DNA of 63,093 nt, the filler included, from Octopus bimaculoides (Eukaryota), in NCBI RefSeq assembly GCF_001194135.2. It is 8 parts of 7 records of this genome, joined end to end, with 100 filler letters (N's around TTAATTAATTAA, not from the genome) between each part and the next. Parts side by side here need not be neighbours in the genome. Positions count along the whole stretch, not along the records: positions 49,106 to 52,803 come from NC_068983.1; positions 52,904 to 56,810 come from NC_068988.1; positions 56,911 to 60,400 come from NC_068993.1; positions 60,501 to 61,723 come from NC_069010.1; positions 61,824 to 63,093 come from NW_026340649.1; 3 more parts are not named here. The stretch is one strand, 5' to 3'. Both the position numbers and the translations under genes were made by a program. The notes below the pieces were generated by a model. The model was not told the origin of the DNA. It was given only the letters and a program-made list of their open reading frames with translations, and made no database searches. Below are positions 51,009 to 63,093 of the stretch, piece by piece; the stretch's first letter is position 1, and every line of letters starts with the position of its first letter.

Positions 51009-52146
51009 ATTACTTCAGGTCTGTTTGCCTGTATATTCTTTTATTGTTTCCAAGGAATGTCATTTTTTTTAACAACCACATTTTAGATATCACGATTACC
51101 AGATCTTTATCTTTCCACAGTTATTCCATTTCTTCAACCTTTTTTGCTGTCAAATTTCTGTTAAAATACACTACCTTTGTTGCAATTAATTCTGACAATA
51201 ACAAATAATTTGGCAAGATAAATAACTTTACCATTATTAAACTGGTTTTTGGAACATAAACCAAGATAGAATTCTGGCTTTAATTTGTATCACTTTAAAG
51301 CATGAAGATTTTTATCAAACACACAGATGGTCTTAAGCAAGTTGGTATAAAAAGGGATAACTTTTTTGTTACCATATTTCTACAGAAAAACACTACTTTT
51401 CTTTTCATTAATTAAAAAGAATTATGAAGAATCTAGAAAAGCAACTTTGCCATTATTAAGCTGGTGTTTGGACCATAAATTAACAGAAGATTTGATGGAA
51501 GGTTTTAATTCAGTTCTCTTTAAGACATGAAGTTTATATCACATAACCAAGGGACAGTCTCAAGTGGGATGATAACAAAAGGAGGAATTGGAAAATTGAT
51601 TAGGTGATGCTTCTTTTCCCAATAGTTTTCAGCAATAGTATTGAGAATATTTTTCAGTTTCCTTCCTGTTTTGACTATTCCGATATGATGAATAGCCCAA
51701 GACATTGGTAAGTTCTATAATATGATCATTTTGCTGTTCTTTGATTAGTTTTTGTGTTGCAAGTTTGAACATGTCTTTTTCTGTGGGTATTTCATAACTT
51801 GGATATACTTTGCAATGTATGAAAGTTCCATTGAGATAGGGAAGAAAACAGGACAATATATTTATTTCCTTTTGCCTGCCACTGGACGGCCAGAAACGAC
51901 AGTAATTGATTGTTTCTTCACTGACCACTGATTATTCTCCTGCTGCTTCTTTTCGATTCTCTTATATATTTTTGGTATTATTGTAATGATTGTTGTTGAT
52001 ATTATCATCGTCATTTTCATTATTATTATGATCATCTTCATTGCCATTACCATCACTATCATTATCATAATCATTATTATTATTAGTAGTAGTAGTAGTA
52101 GTAGTCAAGCCATGTGCCTGTAACAGAATTATTATCATTATTATTA

Positions 52147-52350
52147 AGGCTGCGAGCTGGCAGAAACGTTAACACACTGGGTGAAATGCTTAGCAGTATT
52201 TCGTCTGTCTTTATGTTCTGAGTTCAAATTCCGCTGAAATCAACTTTACCTTTCATCCTTCCGGGGTCAATAGGTACCAGTGAAACACTGGGGTCAATGT
52301 AACTGTCCCCACCCCTCAAAAATTTCAGGCCTTGTCCTTATAGTAGAATA
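52147..52350 (+). mobile_element. SINE family A, tail type 2
   Basis: aaggctgcgagctggcagaaacgttaac..gagttcaaattcc..aaaatttcaggccttgtccttatagtagaa. Confidence 0.85.
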
Positions 52351-52354
52351 GATT

Positions 52355-52800
52355 ATTATTATTATTATTTTATGTTTGACTTTTGCTTTGCATTTGTACA
52401 AGTTGGATCCAAGTCTCACCCAGAGACCTCAAGAGACAACAAGTTAGAATTTAATCTAGGTGTTATACCTAGGGTACCATACATTTGGATTTGTACATAG
52501 TGTTGTTCTAGAGAATGTTTAAGAAACCATAAGAAAATTATGTGTTTGCTTTAAAATTTGAGATCACATAGACAGTATTTTACGTAGGATATGGACAGTT
52601 CCCATGAGCACTATCTTTTGAACTTCAGCCATTTTGGGGTTTCCTGGTATCTGAGCTAGGTAGTAATCAGCCCGTTTCGCTGTCATTCCCACGGCACCTA
52701 TGACGATAGGTATTGTTTTCGTCTTCAGATTCCACATTTTGCTAATTTCCATTTCAAGATCTTTATATTTGCTCAGTTTTTGGTAGGTCTTGACATCATC
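52355..52800 (-). mobile_element. 3' end of RLE-type LINE with (AAT)n tail
   Basis: KLSKYKDLEMEISKMWNLKTKTIPIVIGAVG..VQKIVLMGTVHILRKILSM*, then a UTR and an aataat tail. Confidence 0.85.
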
Positions 52801-53084
52801 ATCNNNNNNNNNNNNNNNNNNNNNNNNNNNNNNNNNNNNNNNNNNNNTTAATTAATTAANNNNNNNNNNNNNNNNNNNNNNNNNNNNNNNNNNNNNNNNN
52901 NNNAGATAGATAGATAGATAGATAGACAGACAGACAAGTAGATAGAGAGGGAGAGAAAAAAAGATAGAAGGAGAAAGAGAGATTAATATTGAAATATAGA
53001 CAGAGAAACAGACAGACAAATAGATAGATAGGTAGATATAAATATAGTTAGATAGACTGACACAGAGATAAGGAAAGAAAGAGT

Positions 53085-53139
<55 letters not shown>

Positions 53140-53814
53140 ATTAAGGGAAAGCCAGTGACGGGGAATGGGTGGAAGGTGAGGTAGAGGCGTGATGTAAGAA
53201 GAAATACGTTTGTAGCAGCCATGTTATTCAATATTAGAAAGAAACGAAGGTGTAAAATGCCTGCAGTTTAGTCAGTGTGATCAGGTAGAATGTGCTTAAT
53301 TAGGCTGGCCAGGTGCTTCTGGAGGTGCGCCACGAATGATACGCAAATATCTCCATTTAGGTAACACACACACACACTACACACGCACACACACATATAC
53401 ACATAAACACGTACACATACACGCGTGCATACGGACACACGCATGCGCGTACATACTCATACACAAAACAGGCACACGCACATATATATGCACACACACA
53501 CACACACACGTATACACAGGCATGAACAATTTGCTGTAAATCGATATATGTATTTGCGTATGTATACACACACACACGCGCGCGCGCATACACACACATA
53601 CATGCACAGACATACATATACACATACACGCAGATAGTTGTGTGTCTATCTATGTGCGTGTCAGTGTATATACTTGGAAGACACAAATATCAAGATTTAG
53701 AAATATATAAATACACACATGCACACACAAATATATATATGTTCATATACATACATGCATATATATGTATATATGTGCATGTATGTAGGCCTATATATGT
53801 ACATACATACATGC

Positions 53815-53851
<37 letters not shown>

Positions 53852-54393
53852 NNNNNNNNNNNNNNNNNNNNNNNNNNNNNNNNNNNNNNNNNNNNNNNNN
53901 NNNNNNNNNNNNNNNNNNNNNNNNNNNNNNNNNNNNNNNNNNNNNNNNNNNNNNNNNNNNNNNNNNNNNNNNNNNNNNNNNNNNNNNNNNNNNNNNNNNN
54001 NNNNNNNNNNNNNNNNNNNNNNNNNNNNNNNNNNNNNNNNNNNNNNNNNNNNNNNNNNNNNNNNNNNNNNNNNNNNNNNNNNNNNNNNNNNNNNNNNNNN
54101 NNNNNNNNNNNNNNNNNNNNNNNNNNNNNNNNNNNNNNNNNNNNNNNNNNNNNNNNNNNNNNNNNNNNNNNNNNNNNNNNNNNNNNNNNNNNNNNNNNNN
54201 NNNNNNNNNNNNNNNNNNNNNNNNNNNNNNNNNNNNNNNNNNNNNNNNNNNNNNNNNNNNNNNNNNNNNNNNNNNNNNNNNNNNNNNNNNNNNNTATATA
54301 TATGTATATCTATGTGTGTGTATATATATATGTATGTATGTATATATATATATATATATATGTATATCTATATGTATATATATATATATATAT

Positions 54394-54475
54394 ATGTTAA
54401 TTCTCTAAATGAAGTATTAACAGTAACTGCACGATAAAGTGTAGTATATTGCCACTTAAGTGTGGCTGACCCCTA
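54394..54475 (-). mobile_element. Fragment of the H2 unit spanning its end/start junction
   Basis: Reverse complement equals 42161-42224 continuing into 41880-41897 (1 mismatch). Confidence 0.9.
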
Positions 54476-54757
54476 TACCATATTCACAAACACACACACA
54501 CACACACACACACACAGTGACATACATGTATTCGTAAGATTTTTTATTAGTTATTACCTCCCTTGAGCTTCCCGCTCTTCTGTGAATGTCACAAGAGACA
54601 TTTCAGAAACAATTGATGTTATAGTCGGAAATTACGCATTTACTAATTTTCTTTCGGGTGATCATTAGTTTGAAATATTACCTATATTGAACTGTATTTC
54701 AGTTAAGATAATTATATTCAGAGAAGAATATATACTTGCAGTATTATATAGCTAATT

Positions 54758-54955
54758 AAGGCAAAGAGTTGGCAGAATATTTACCACGCCGGGCGAAATG
54801 CTTAGCAGTATTTCGTCCGTCTTTACATTCTGAGTTCACATTCCACCGGGGTCGACTTTGCTTTTCTTCCTTTCGGGGTCGATAAATTAAGTACCTGTAG
54901 AGTACAGGGCCTATGCGATCGACATACCTTTTCCCCACGAAATTGTAGACCTTAG
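54758..54955 (+). mobile_element. SINE family A, tail type 2
   Basis: aggcaaagagttggcagaat..ttctgagttcacattcc..cctttcggggtcgataaattaagtacc. Confidence 0.85.
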
Positions 54956-55685
54956 ATATTACGACATTAGGTGGAAAAAGCTACAAATGGCATTGTGACC
55001 GTTTGTAAAGGACACTAGAGGCTTAGCATAAAATATATGCAGATACTCACCGGGATGTGAGAAAGAATACGAGAACAAAAAAAAAAAAAAAACATACATG
55101 CAGATGCAATAGTGATGTGTTGGAGATTGGAAAGCATCAAAACGTGATATTAATGTGGGATAATGAAGCAAATATTTGATCTTTTGTTAGGGGTATCATA
55201 CTGATTAAATTGTCGACTTTTTAATGAATTTATCTCTCTTCCCTATCTATCTGTCTGTCTGCCTGTCTGTCCCCTCCTCTCTCTCTCTCTCTCTCTCTCT
55301 CTGTGCCTCTCTCTCTCTCTCTCTGTGCCTCTCTCTCTCTCTCTCTGTGCCTCTCTCNNNNNNNNNNNNNNNNNNNNNNNNNNNNNNNNNNNNNNNNNNN
55401 NNNNNNNNNNNNNNNNNNNNNNNNNNNNNNNNNNNNNNNNNNNNNNNNNNNNNNNNNNNNNNNNNNNNNNNNNNNNNNNNNNNNNNNNNNNNNNNNNNNN
55501 NNNNNNNNNNNNNNNNNNNNNNNNNNNNNNNNNNNNNNNNNNNNNNNNNNNNNNNNNNNNNNNNNNNNNNNNNNNNNNNNNTCTGTCTGCCTGTCTGTCC
55601 CCTCCTCTCTCTCTCTCTCTCTCTCTCTCTGTGCCTCTCTCTCTCTCTCTCTGTGCCTCTCTCTCTATATATAATATATTATTAC

Positions 55686-55951
55686 GGTACTCTGTCAGTT
55701 ACGAAGACGAGGGGGGTTCCAGCTGATCCGATCAACGGAACAGCCTGCTCGTGAAATTAACGTGCAAGTGGATCAGCACGCCAGAGACACGTGTACCCGT
55801 AACAGTGCGTAACTGGTATTTATTCAATCGACCCCGAAAGGATGAAAGGCTAAGTCGACGTTGGCGGAATTTGAACTCAGAACGTAACGGCAGACGAAAT
55901 ACCGCTAAGCATTTCGCCCGGCGTGCTAACCACTCTGCCAGCTCGCCGCCT
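55686..55951 (-). mobile_element. Chimeric SINE: family A head and core plus family B tail
   Basis: 55951-55803 is family A up to ttacgcactg. 55802-55686 is family B from ttacgggtacacgtgtc onward. Confidence 0.9.
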
Positions 55952-56480
55952 TTACGATATTCAATATTGCACTCATCCAGTCTTAAACCGGCCACAAAGC
56001 GGAATCGTTTCAACATCAGAAAGATTACTTTACGGTAACCGTTCAAAGCAGAAAGCGGCAAAGATTATTTTGCCATTTCGCCACCTTGAGCAAGAAAGTA
56101 ATGTCACTGATTAGAGAAATACATAAAGGGTAATCGGTGCAAGTATGTTTGCACGCAAAATATGATGCAATGGTGTATCTGATTAAAGAAACAACTTCAA
56201 ATGTGTTAGATGTAGAAGAAGAAGAAGAGTTAGCAGATGGGGCGAGTTGCGTAACGTAATGTAATCCATTAACTAGTAACACATATCGTAAGATGTAATT
56301 GATAGGTAATTAGTACTAAAAGTTTTGGTAGCGAAAATGCAGAGAATAGAAGGAAAGGAAATGTTATCAAAGACCTTCTGTGGACAACAAAGAATTTTTC
56401 TATCTTTAACAAAAAGGAAGATGTATGAAGGTTGTGAAAGAAATGCGATTTGGTTTATCGTAGTTATGTATTCTATAAGT

Positions 56481-56810
56481 GTGGAGGCGCAATGGCCCAG
56501 TGGTTAGGGCAGCGGACTCGCGGTCATAGGATCGCGGTTTCGATTCCCAAACCGGGCGTTGTGAGTGTTTATTGAGCGAAAACACCTAAAGCTCCACGAG
56601 GCTCCAACAGGGGATGGTGGCGAACCCTGCTGTACTCTTTCACCACAACTTTCTCGCACTCTTACTTCCTGTTTCTGTTGTGCCTTTAATTCAAAGGGTC
56701 ACGCTGAATATCCCCGAGAACTACGTTAAGGGTACACGTGTCTGTGGAGTGCTCAGCCACTTGCACGTTAATTTCACGAGCAGGCTGTTCGGTTGATCGG
56801 ATCAACTGGA
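56481..56810 (+). mobile_element. SINE family B with tRNA head
   Basis: A box TGGCCCAGTGG, B box GGTTTCGATTCC. The body is near-identical to 27301-27540 apart from a ~19-bp deletion. Confidence 0.9.
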
Positions 56811-57055
56811 NNNNNNNNNNNNNNNNNNNNNNNNNNNNNNNNNNNNNNNNNNNNTTAATTAATTAANNNNNNNNNNNNNNNNNNNNNNNNNNNNNNNNNN
56901 NNNNNNNNNNATATATATATATATATATATATATAATGTATCTTTTATTTATATACATAAATATACCTAAATGCATACATGCATATATACATATATATAT
57001 TTACACATATGTGTACGTGTATATAATATATGGATATACAGGCACATAGATATGG

Positions 57056-57087
<32 letters not shown>

Positions 57088-57201
57088 CTGTACACACACA
57101 CACACATATTTATATATGTATGTATGTATGTATGTATACAGAGAGAGAAGAGATAATGAGAGAAGAAAAGTGAGGCAGACAGACATACAGACAGACAGAC
57201 G

Positions 57202-57378
<177 letters not shown>

Positions 57379-57802
57379 GTAGGTAGGTAGGTAGGTAGAT
57401 AGTAAAACTGCTGGTCAAACAAATATCCGATACATATAACAGCTGAATTTATTTCCAGACTCAAACTTTAGAAGTCTTTATTCGTTCTCTCTTCTAGGGT
57501 ACGCTACGTCCAAGCCAGATGTTAAATGCTTTATGTTCATGACGTACTATCTTGCTTGAATATTTTATAATTACAATAGTTATATCATGCAATATTCATT
57601 TACTCTTTGTTTGTCTTGTGTTGTGCTGTACATTGCAATACATCTTGTTGTAAGTGTATGGAAAGCCAGTGTGGGCATATCGTACATATGTGATCAATAT
57701 AACAGTTGTAGCCGTAAAGTTCCCTATTTTCATGAATGTAAACCAATTTATAAGTGCACATTGGTCTTTCATAGCTTACTCACGGACTTCCATGTATGTC
57801 GT

Positions 57803-57876
<74 letters not shown>

Positions 57877-57969
57877 GTGACTTTCTATCTAACTATCTAT
57901 CTGACTATTTAACCATATATATATATATATGTATATGTATATATGTATATAGCTCAGAGATTTATTATT

Positions 57970-58001
<32 letters not shown>

Positions 58002-60240
58002 NNNNNNNNNNNNNNNNNNNNNNNNNNNNNNNNNNNNNNNNNNNNNNNNNNNNNNNNNNNNNNNNNNNNNNNNNNNNNNNNNNNNNNNNNNNNNNNNNNN
58101 NNNNNNNNNNNNNNNNNNNNNNNNNNNNNNNNNNNNNNNNNNNNNNNNNNNNNNNNNNNNNNNNNNNNNNNNNNNNNNNNNNNNNNNNNNNNNNNNNNNN
58201 NNNNNNNNNNNNNNNNNNNNNNNNNNNNNNNNNNNNNNNNNNNNNNNNNNNNNNNNNNNNATGTATGTATGTATGTATGTATGTATGTATGTATGTACTG
58301 GCTGTACTCCAGCATGGCCACAGCCTTGGGGCTGAAACATATGAAAGAATAAAATGATATATATATTCTTTTGGCGTACTGTTTTTATGATGAAAATATC
58401 AATATCACTATTCACCGTGTTTTTACAAGCTATGCTGTCCTTAATGTTGAATTTTCAAGTATGCTAATGTTAAGTATAATACTGTTAATGCTGGGTAATA
58501 AATTCTGTTGTATACATACAAACTATTGTTTTCATATCTAATGTGGTGAGGATACAAGGGGAGATACCGGAGAAAATGTCTGATATATGTGATGGTATGT
58601 ACATACACGCACATATATACACATACATATATATATGTGTATGCATATACGTGTGTGTGTGTGTGTGTGTAGGTGTGCGTGTGTGTATATGTGTGTGTTT
58701 ATGTGTGTGTGCATATATATAGAAATATTTATATCTGTATATATAGGTATATATCATATATCATATATATATTTCATCTTTCATATATATATATANNNNN
58801 NNNNNNNNNNNNNNNNNNNNNNNNNNNNNNNNNNNNNNNNNNNNNNNNNNNNNNNNNNNNNNNNNNNNNNNNNNNNNNNNNNNNNNNNNNNNNNNNNNNN
58901 NNNNNNNNNNNNNNNNNNNNNNNNNNNNNNNNNNNNNNNNNNNNNNNNNNNNNNNNNNNNNNNNNNNNNNNNNNNNNNNNNNNNNNNNNNNNNNNNNNNN
59001 NNNNNNNNNNNNNNNNNNNNNNNNNNNNNNNNNNNNNNNNNNNNNNNNNNNNNNNNNNNNNNNNNNNNNNNNNNNNNNNNNNNNNNNNNNNNNNNNNNNN
59101 NNNNNNNNNNNNNNNNNNNNNNNNNNNNNNNNNNNNNNNNNNNNNNNNNNNNNNNNNNNNNNNNNNNNNNNNNNNNNNNNNNNNNNNNNNNNNNNNNNNN
59201 NNNNNNNNNNNNNNNNNNNNNNNNNNNNNNNNNNGAAATTATATTATGCTGTGTGATATAAGCTATAGGTAATGCGTTATGCCTGTATGTATACCACCGC
59301 TGTGCCGTGTTTAATATACAGAAACTGTACTGATATGAATATAAATACTCAGTGATTTACTGAAAATATAAACACAGTGATAAGTTTACTAAACAATAAG
59401 TCTAGATGTGTGTACATATATATCTACAATTAAAAAAAAACAGATTGTATGTTTGCATGTATGTATGTGGGTATATCACGGAAAATTTTCAAAAGGTTTC
59501 GTCCTCAAGAAAAACAGATTCGATTTTCGAAATCTCCGTCCCAAAGGTACGTTTTCGGTAATTAATAAGAAAAAAAAAGATGTATAATTTGCTGCGAGAA
59601 ACAACTCCACTTTTAGATTACCAAATCTGCCACACTCTATCTATCTCTACCAGGTTCTCCCTTTTACGCCATTCCTCTCTGTCTGTATATGTATGTCTCT
59701 CAGACATGCTACGCTACCTCTCTCTCTCTCTCTCTCTCTCTAGCGTCTATCTAGCGTCTATCTAGCTCTATGTAAATTATTTACATGCCTGGTCGACCGT
59801 TTTACATAACTCTATTCATTGAAACATATTAAAATTGATTACAACTTTTATTGTTGTACTATTTTGCTTTCATTTTATTTAAACTTCTTTCATTTTGTGA
59901 TAGATATCAATCACGCAGAAAATGGTAGCTTCCACATCCTCTTTTCTGATTGGGTTCAAATTATAAAATATTTTTTTTAATGTTTTTCTAGAATAAATGA
60001 ATCATGAAAATAGGATTCCGCGTGGAAAAGTACATCAATATACCAAATTTGAAAGTTTTCACTAAATTTTAAAATTTTAAAATTTGTGACAGCAACAGAA
60101 AAGTTACAGAGATGGAAACACACCAACATTAGTTTGTAGAGGTGGTGGAGACAAACACAGGTACAAAAACACGGACACGGACACACACAAGCATATATCT
60201 ATATCCGTGTGTGTGTGTGTGTGTGTATGTTTGTGCACAT

Positions 60241-60371
60241 TCTTTCAATTTCCGTCTAAAACTCACACAAGGCTTGGTCGGTCTGTGGCTACAGTAAAAG
60301 ACACAAGCCTAAAGTGTCGCGTAGTGGAGTTGAACCCATGTGGTTGGAAAGCAAACTCCTTACCAGACAGT
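60241..60371 (-). mobile_element. SINE family C 5' half
   Basis: tctttcaatttccgtcta..cacaaggcttggtcgg..ttgaacccatgtggttggaaagcaaact. Confidence 0.75.
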
Positions 60372-61227
60372 AAGTCCTATATATATATATATATATATAT
60401 NNNNNNNNNNNNNNNNNNNNNNNNNNNNNNNNNNNNNNNNNNNNTTAATTAATTAANNNNNNNNNNNNNNNNNNNNNNNNNNNNNNNNNNNNNNNNNNNN
60501 CAGTACCACTCCGTCACCTATACGTCACATCACCATCACCATCACTACAACATTGCCAACAATTCGCCACCACCTATACATCGCACCACTACCACCACCA
60601 TGCACACCACTGTACGATACCACCACATCTCTACCCCACACCACACCACCATTACAACATCCTTATCACTAACTAAACATCTTTTGTTACAGAAGGACAA
60701 AGTAGAGTCTATTATTAGAAGGTCTGAGATTGTTGCTGTATGCACACACAGACACAAACACATACATGAAGCATGGAGAGATACACGCACACCGATGTCT
60801 GAGATAAATACACATGCAGACACACACATGCATGCACAAACATACACACATACTGTGCATATGTACACATACACTCACTGATGCATACAGACATGTATAT
60901 ACAGGCTGACACCGAAGAGAAAGGCATTCACACGCACACACTCTGATACAGAAGACACACACACATATATATATATACATACACACAAAGATGTACACAC
61001 ACACATACCGACTTGTGTATACAGCTGTGTGTGTGTATGTATATATATGCATACATGTATACACACACTCAATGTGATACAATGATGTTGCTGACAGCAT
61101 GGGTTGTATGGTGAGTGTATATACAGGGGGAGTATTGGTGGTAAGATATATTTATATATGTGTCTATACATTAATGCATTGGTGTATACACATTTCTCTC
61201 ATTATACATATATATATATATATATAT

Positions 61228-61266
<39 letters not shown>

Positions 61267-61683
61267 CACACATATATACATACATATACACACACATATA
61301 AAAACACATACACGCACATATATGAACACACACACATGCACACACATATATACACATATATACACACACATATACACGCACACACACATATATACACATA
61401 CACATGCACACACATACATACACACACATCATATATATCTACATATGTTAGTGTATGCATGCAACATGTCTATATTGTATATCTGTGCACGCAACATACA
61501 AAGAAATATGGACAGATAGATAGAGAGACAGATATATATGTCTATATACATTGTACGTGTGCATATATATATATATATTTATAAACACACACACACACAC
61601 ACATATATATATGCAAGTGGGCGTGCCGGCTAATCTATCTATGTTCATCAGTCTGTATGTAACACAGACAAGGATACCAGGAG

Positions 61684-61723
<40 letters not shown>

Positions 61724-62812
61724 NNNNNNNNNNNNNNNNNNNNNNNNNNNNNNNNNNNNNNNNNNNNTTAATTAATTAANNNNNNNNNNNNNNNNNNNNN
61801 NNNNNNNNNNNNNNNNNNNNNNNCTTTCAACAGCTAAAAACATTCTCTTTTGGCTTTAGAATTATTGCATATACATTCAAATGTACTTCATTAAATTGGA
61901 CCCTTTTATTTTTAATTATTTTTTTCCTATTTTTTTCATCATTTTGTCAAACACTTAGAAGTGGGACAAAATTGGGAACTGAGTCAAATTGAGTCAAATT
62001 TCTGATTTCTTGTTATTTTTTCCCATTTTGTACCATTGCATAATCTTTGGGAATAAAATTTGGTCAGTGTAGGTTATGTTGTTGGGAGTAAAAATTGGTC
62101 AGTATAGTTTACATAATTGTTGTTGAAGTGGAAACAGTCAAACATAGGTGACAGGCATATCTTTCTAAGAAGTTTTTCCTCAAATTTTATCCAGTTGTAA
62201 TTGAAGTAGCTCATAAAATATCTATAATTTTTGAAGAAGCTACACAGAATATTTTATGTTGAATTTTTAGATTTCATTAATTTCATATCATGTGCTATTT
62301 TTCTATGATACTCTTTCATTTGTCCAAGATATTTCAAATTTTGTTGCATTTCTGATCTGTCTGATGTCTAAGGATGGATGCTTATGTGTATGGCTCTCTT
62401 TCCAAATGTAACTCTGGAGAACTTGAGAGGCAAATTTACCTTATCTTGTCTTATTCATTTTGCCCCGCCTGGATTTGTTTTCTGTATGCTCAAAAAGATC
62501 AGTGATAATTTTCTGAGATAGCGTTCTGAATATGTTATAGGTTTTACTGCATTTAAAGAAGCTTTTTATTTAGTTGATATAATTATTGTATGTGAACTTT
62601 TATAAAAGGCATATTTTCTCCAAAGTCAAAGGTGCAGTAAATATTACTCATTGTGCCCCACCTACCCCCTTCTGGAAACTGGAAAAGCAAACTTTAGCAA
62701 ATAGCTGTTTGAATTCCACCCACCTTTTCTTTTCACATATTACAAAATAATGAAGAAGAATCATTTTAAAAGAATTTTTTTAAAAAAGCTGTCTTCGTCT
62801 TCTCCCCACCAC

Positions 62813-62853
<41 letters not shown>

Positions 62854-63093
62854 TTCATCATGCCTTTGGAAAAGCAACAACTACAAAAATGATTTTTCTT
62901 TCTGTTTCATAATTTTCTGTCATTTTATCTTATTCTACATTCTGAAACATTTGTAATTTATGTTAAAAGAAAAACATCTGACCCACCTTTTTCCTCCTTT
63001 ATTGTACTTTTCACAAAGAAGGAGAACTACTGCCACAAGTGGATGTGTGAAAAACAAAATTTGAATTTTGAAAAGTGTATCTATAAAGTGACA

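Noticed and set aside
51629-52074. Minus-strand ORFs that may be LINE-derived
   Set aside because: I could not match any diagnostic motif.

Overview
This is AT-rich, microsatellite-dense eukaryotic DNA with many N-gaps. Seven gaps are 100-bp placeholders containing an artificial TTAATTAATTAA linker. The SINE families look like those of Octopus, which is an inference from remembered repeat sequences and not a database result. I could not support any host protein-coding gene, tRNA or rRNA gene, and nearly all ORFs in the track are microsatellite or N artefacts. The window contains (i) about 25 copies of tRNA-derived SINEs from at least four families, including a chimera and alternative 3' tails; (ii) decayed transposon coding remnants: a DD37D/maT-type mariner, a Tc1, three restriction-like-endonuclease (R4/Dong-like) LINE pieces, two RTE 3' ends, and Penelope-like (PLE) N-terminal, RT and GIY-YIG pieces; (iii) several fold-back structures. 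The main signal is a set of type I hammerhead ribozyme (HHR) motifs from at least four unrelated sequence families, all with palindromic stem III of the dimer type. One lies in a 345-bp tandem unit (41863-42224, retrozyme/pLTR-like). One has an intact core inside a ~140-nt rod (43290-43432, minus). Two face outward in a fold-back (44460-45141). One family forms the 3' tail of a tRNA-headed SINE (50762-51008, with headless inverted copies at 19146-19640). Four of these motifs cluster within 3.3 kb. All folds were done by eye and activity is untested.
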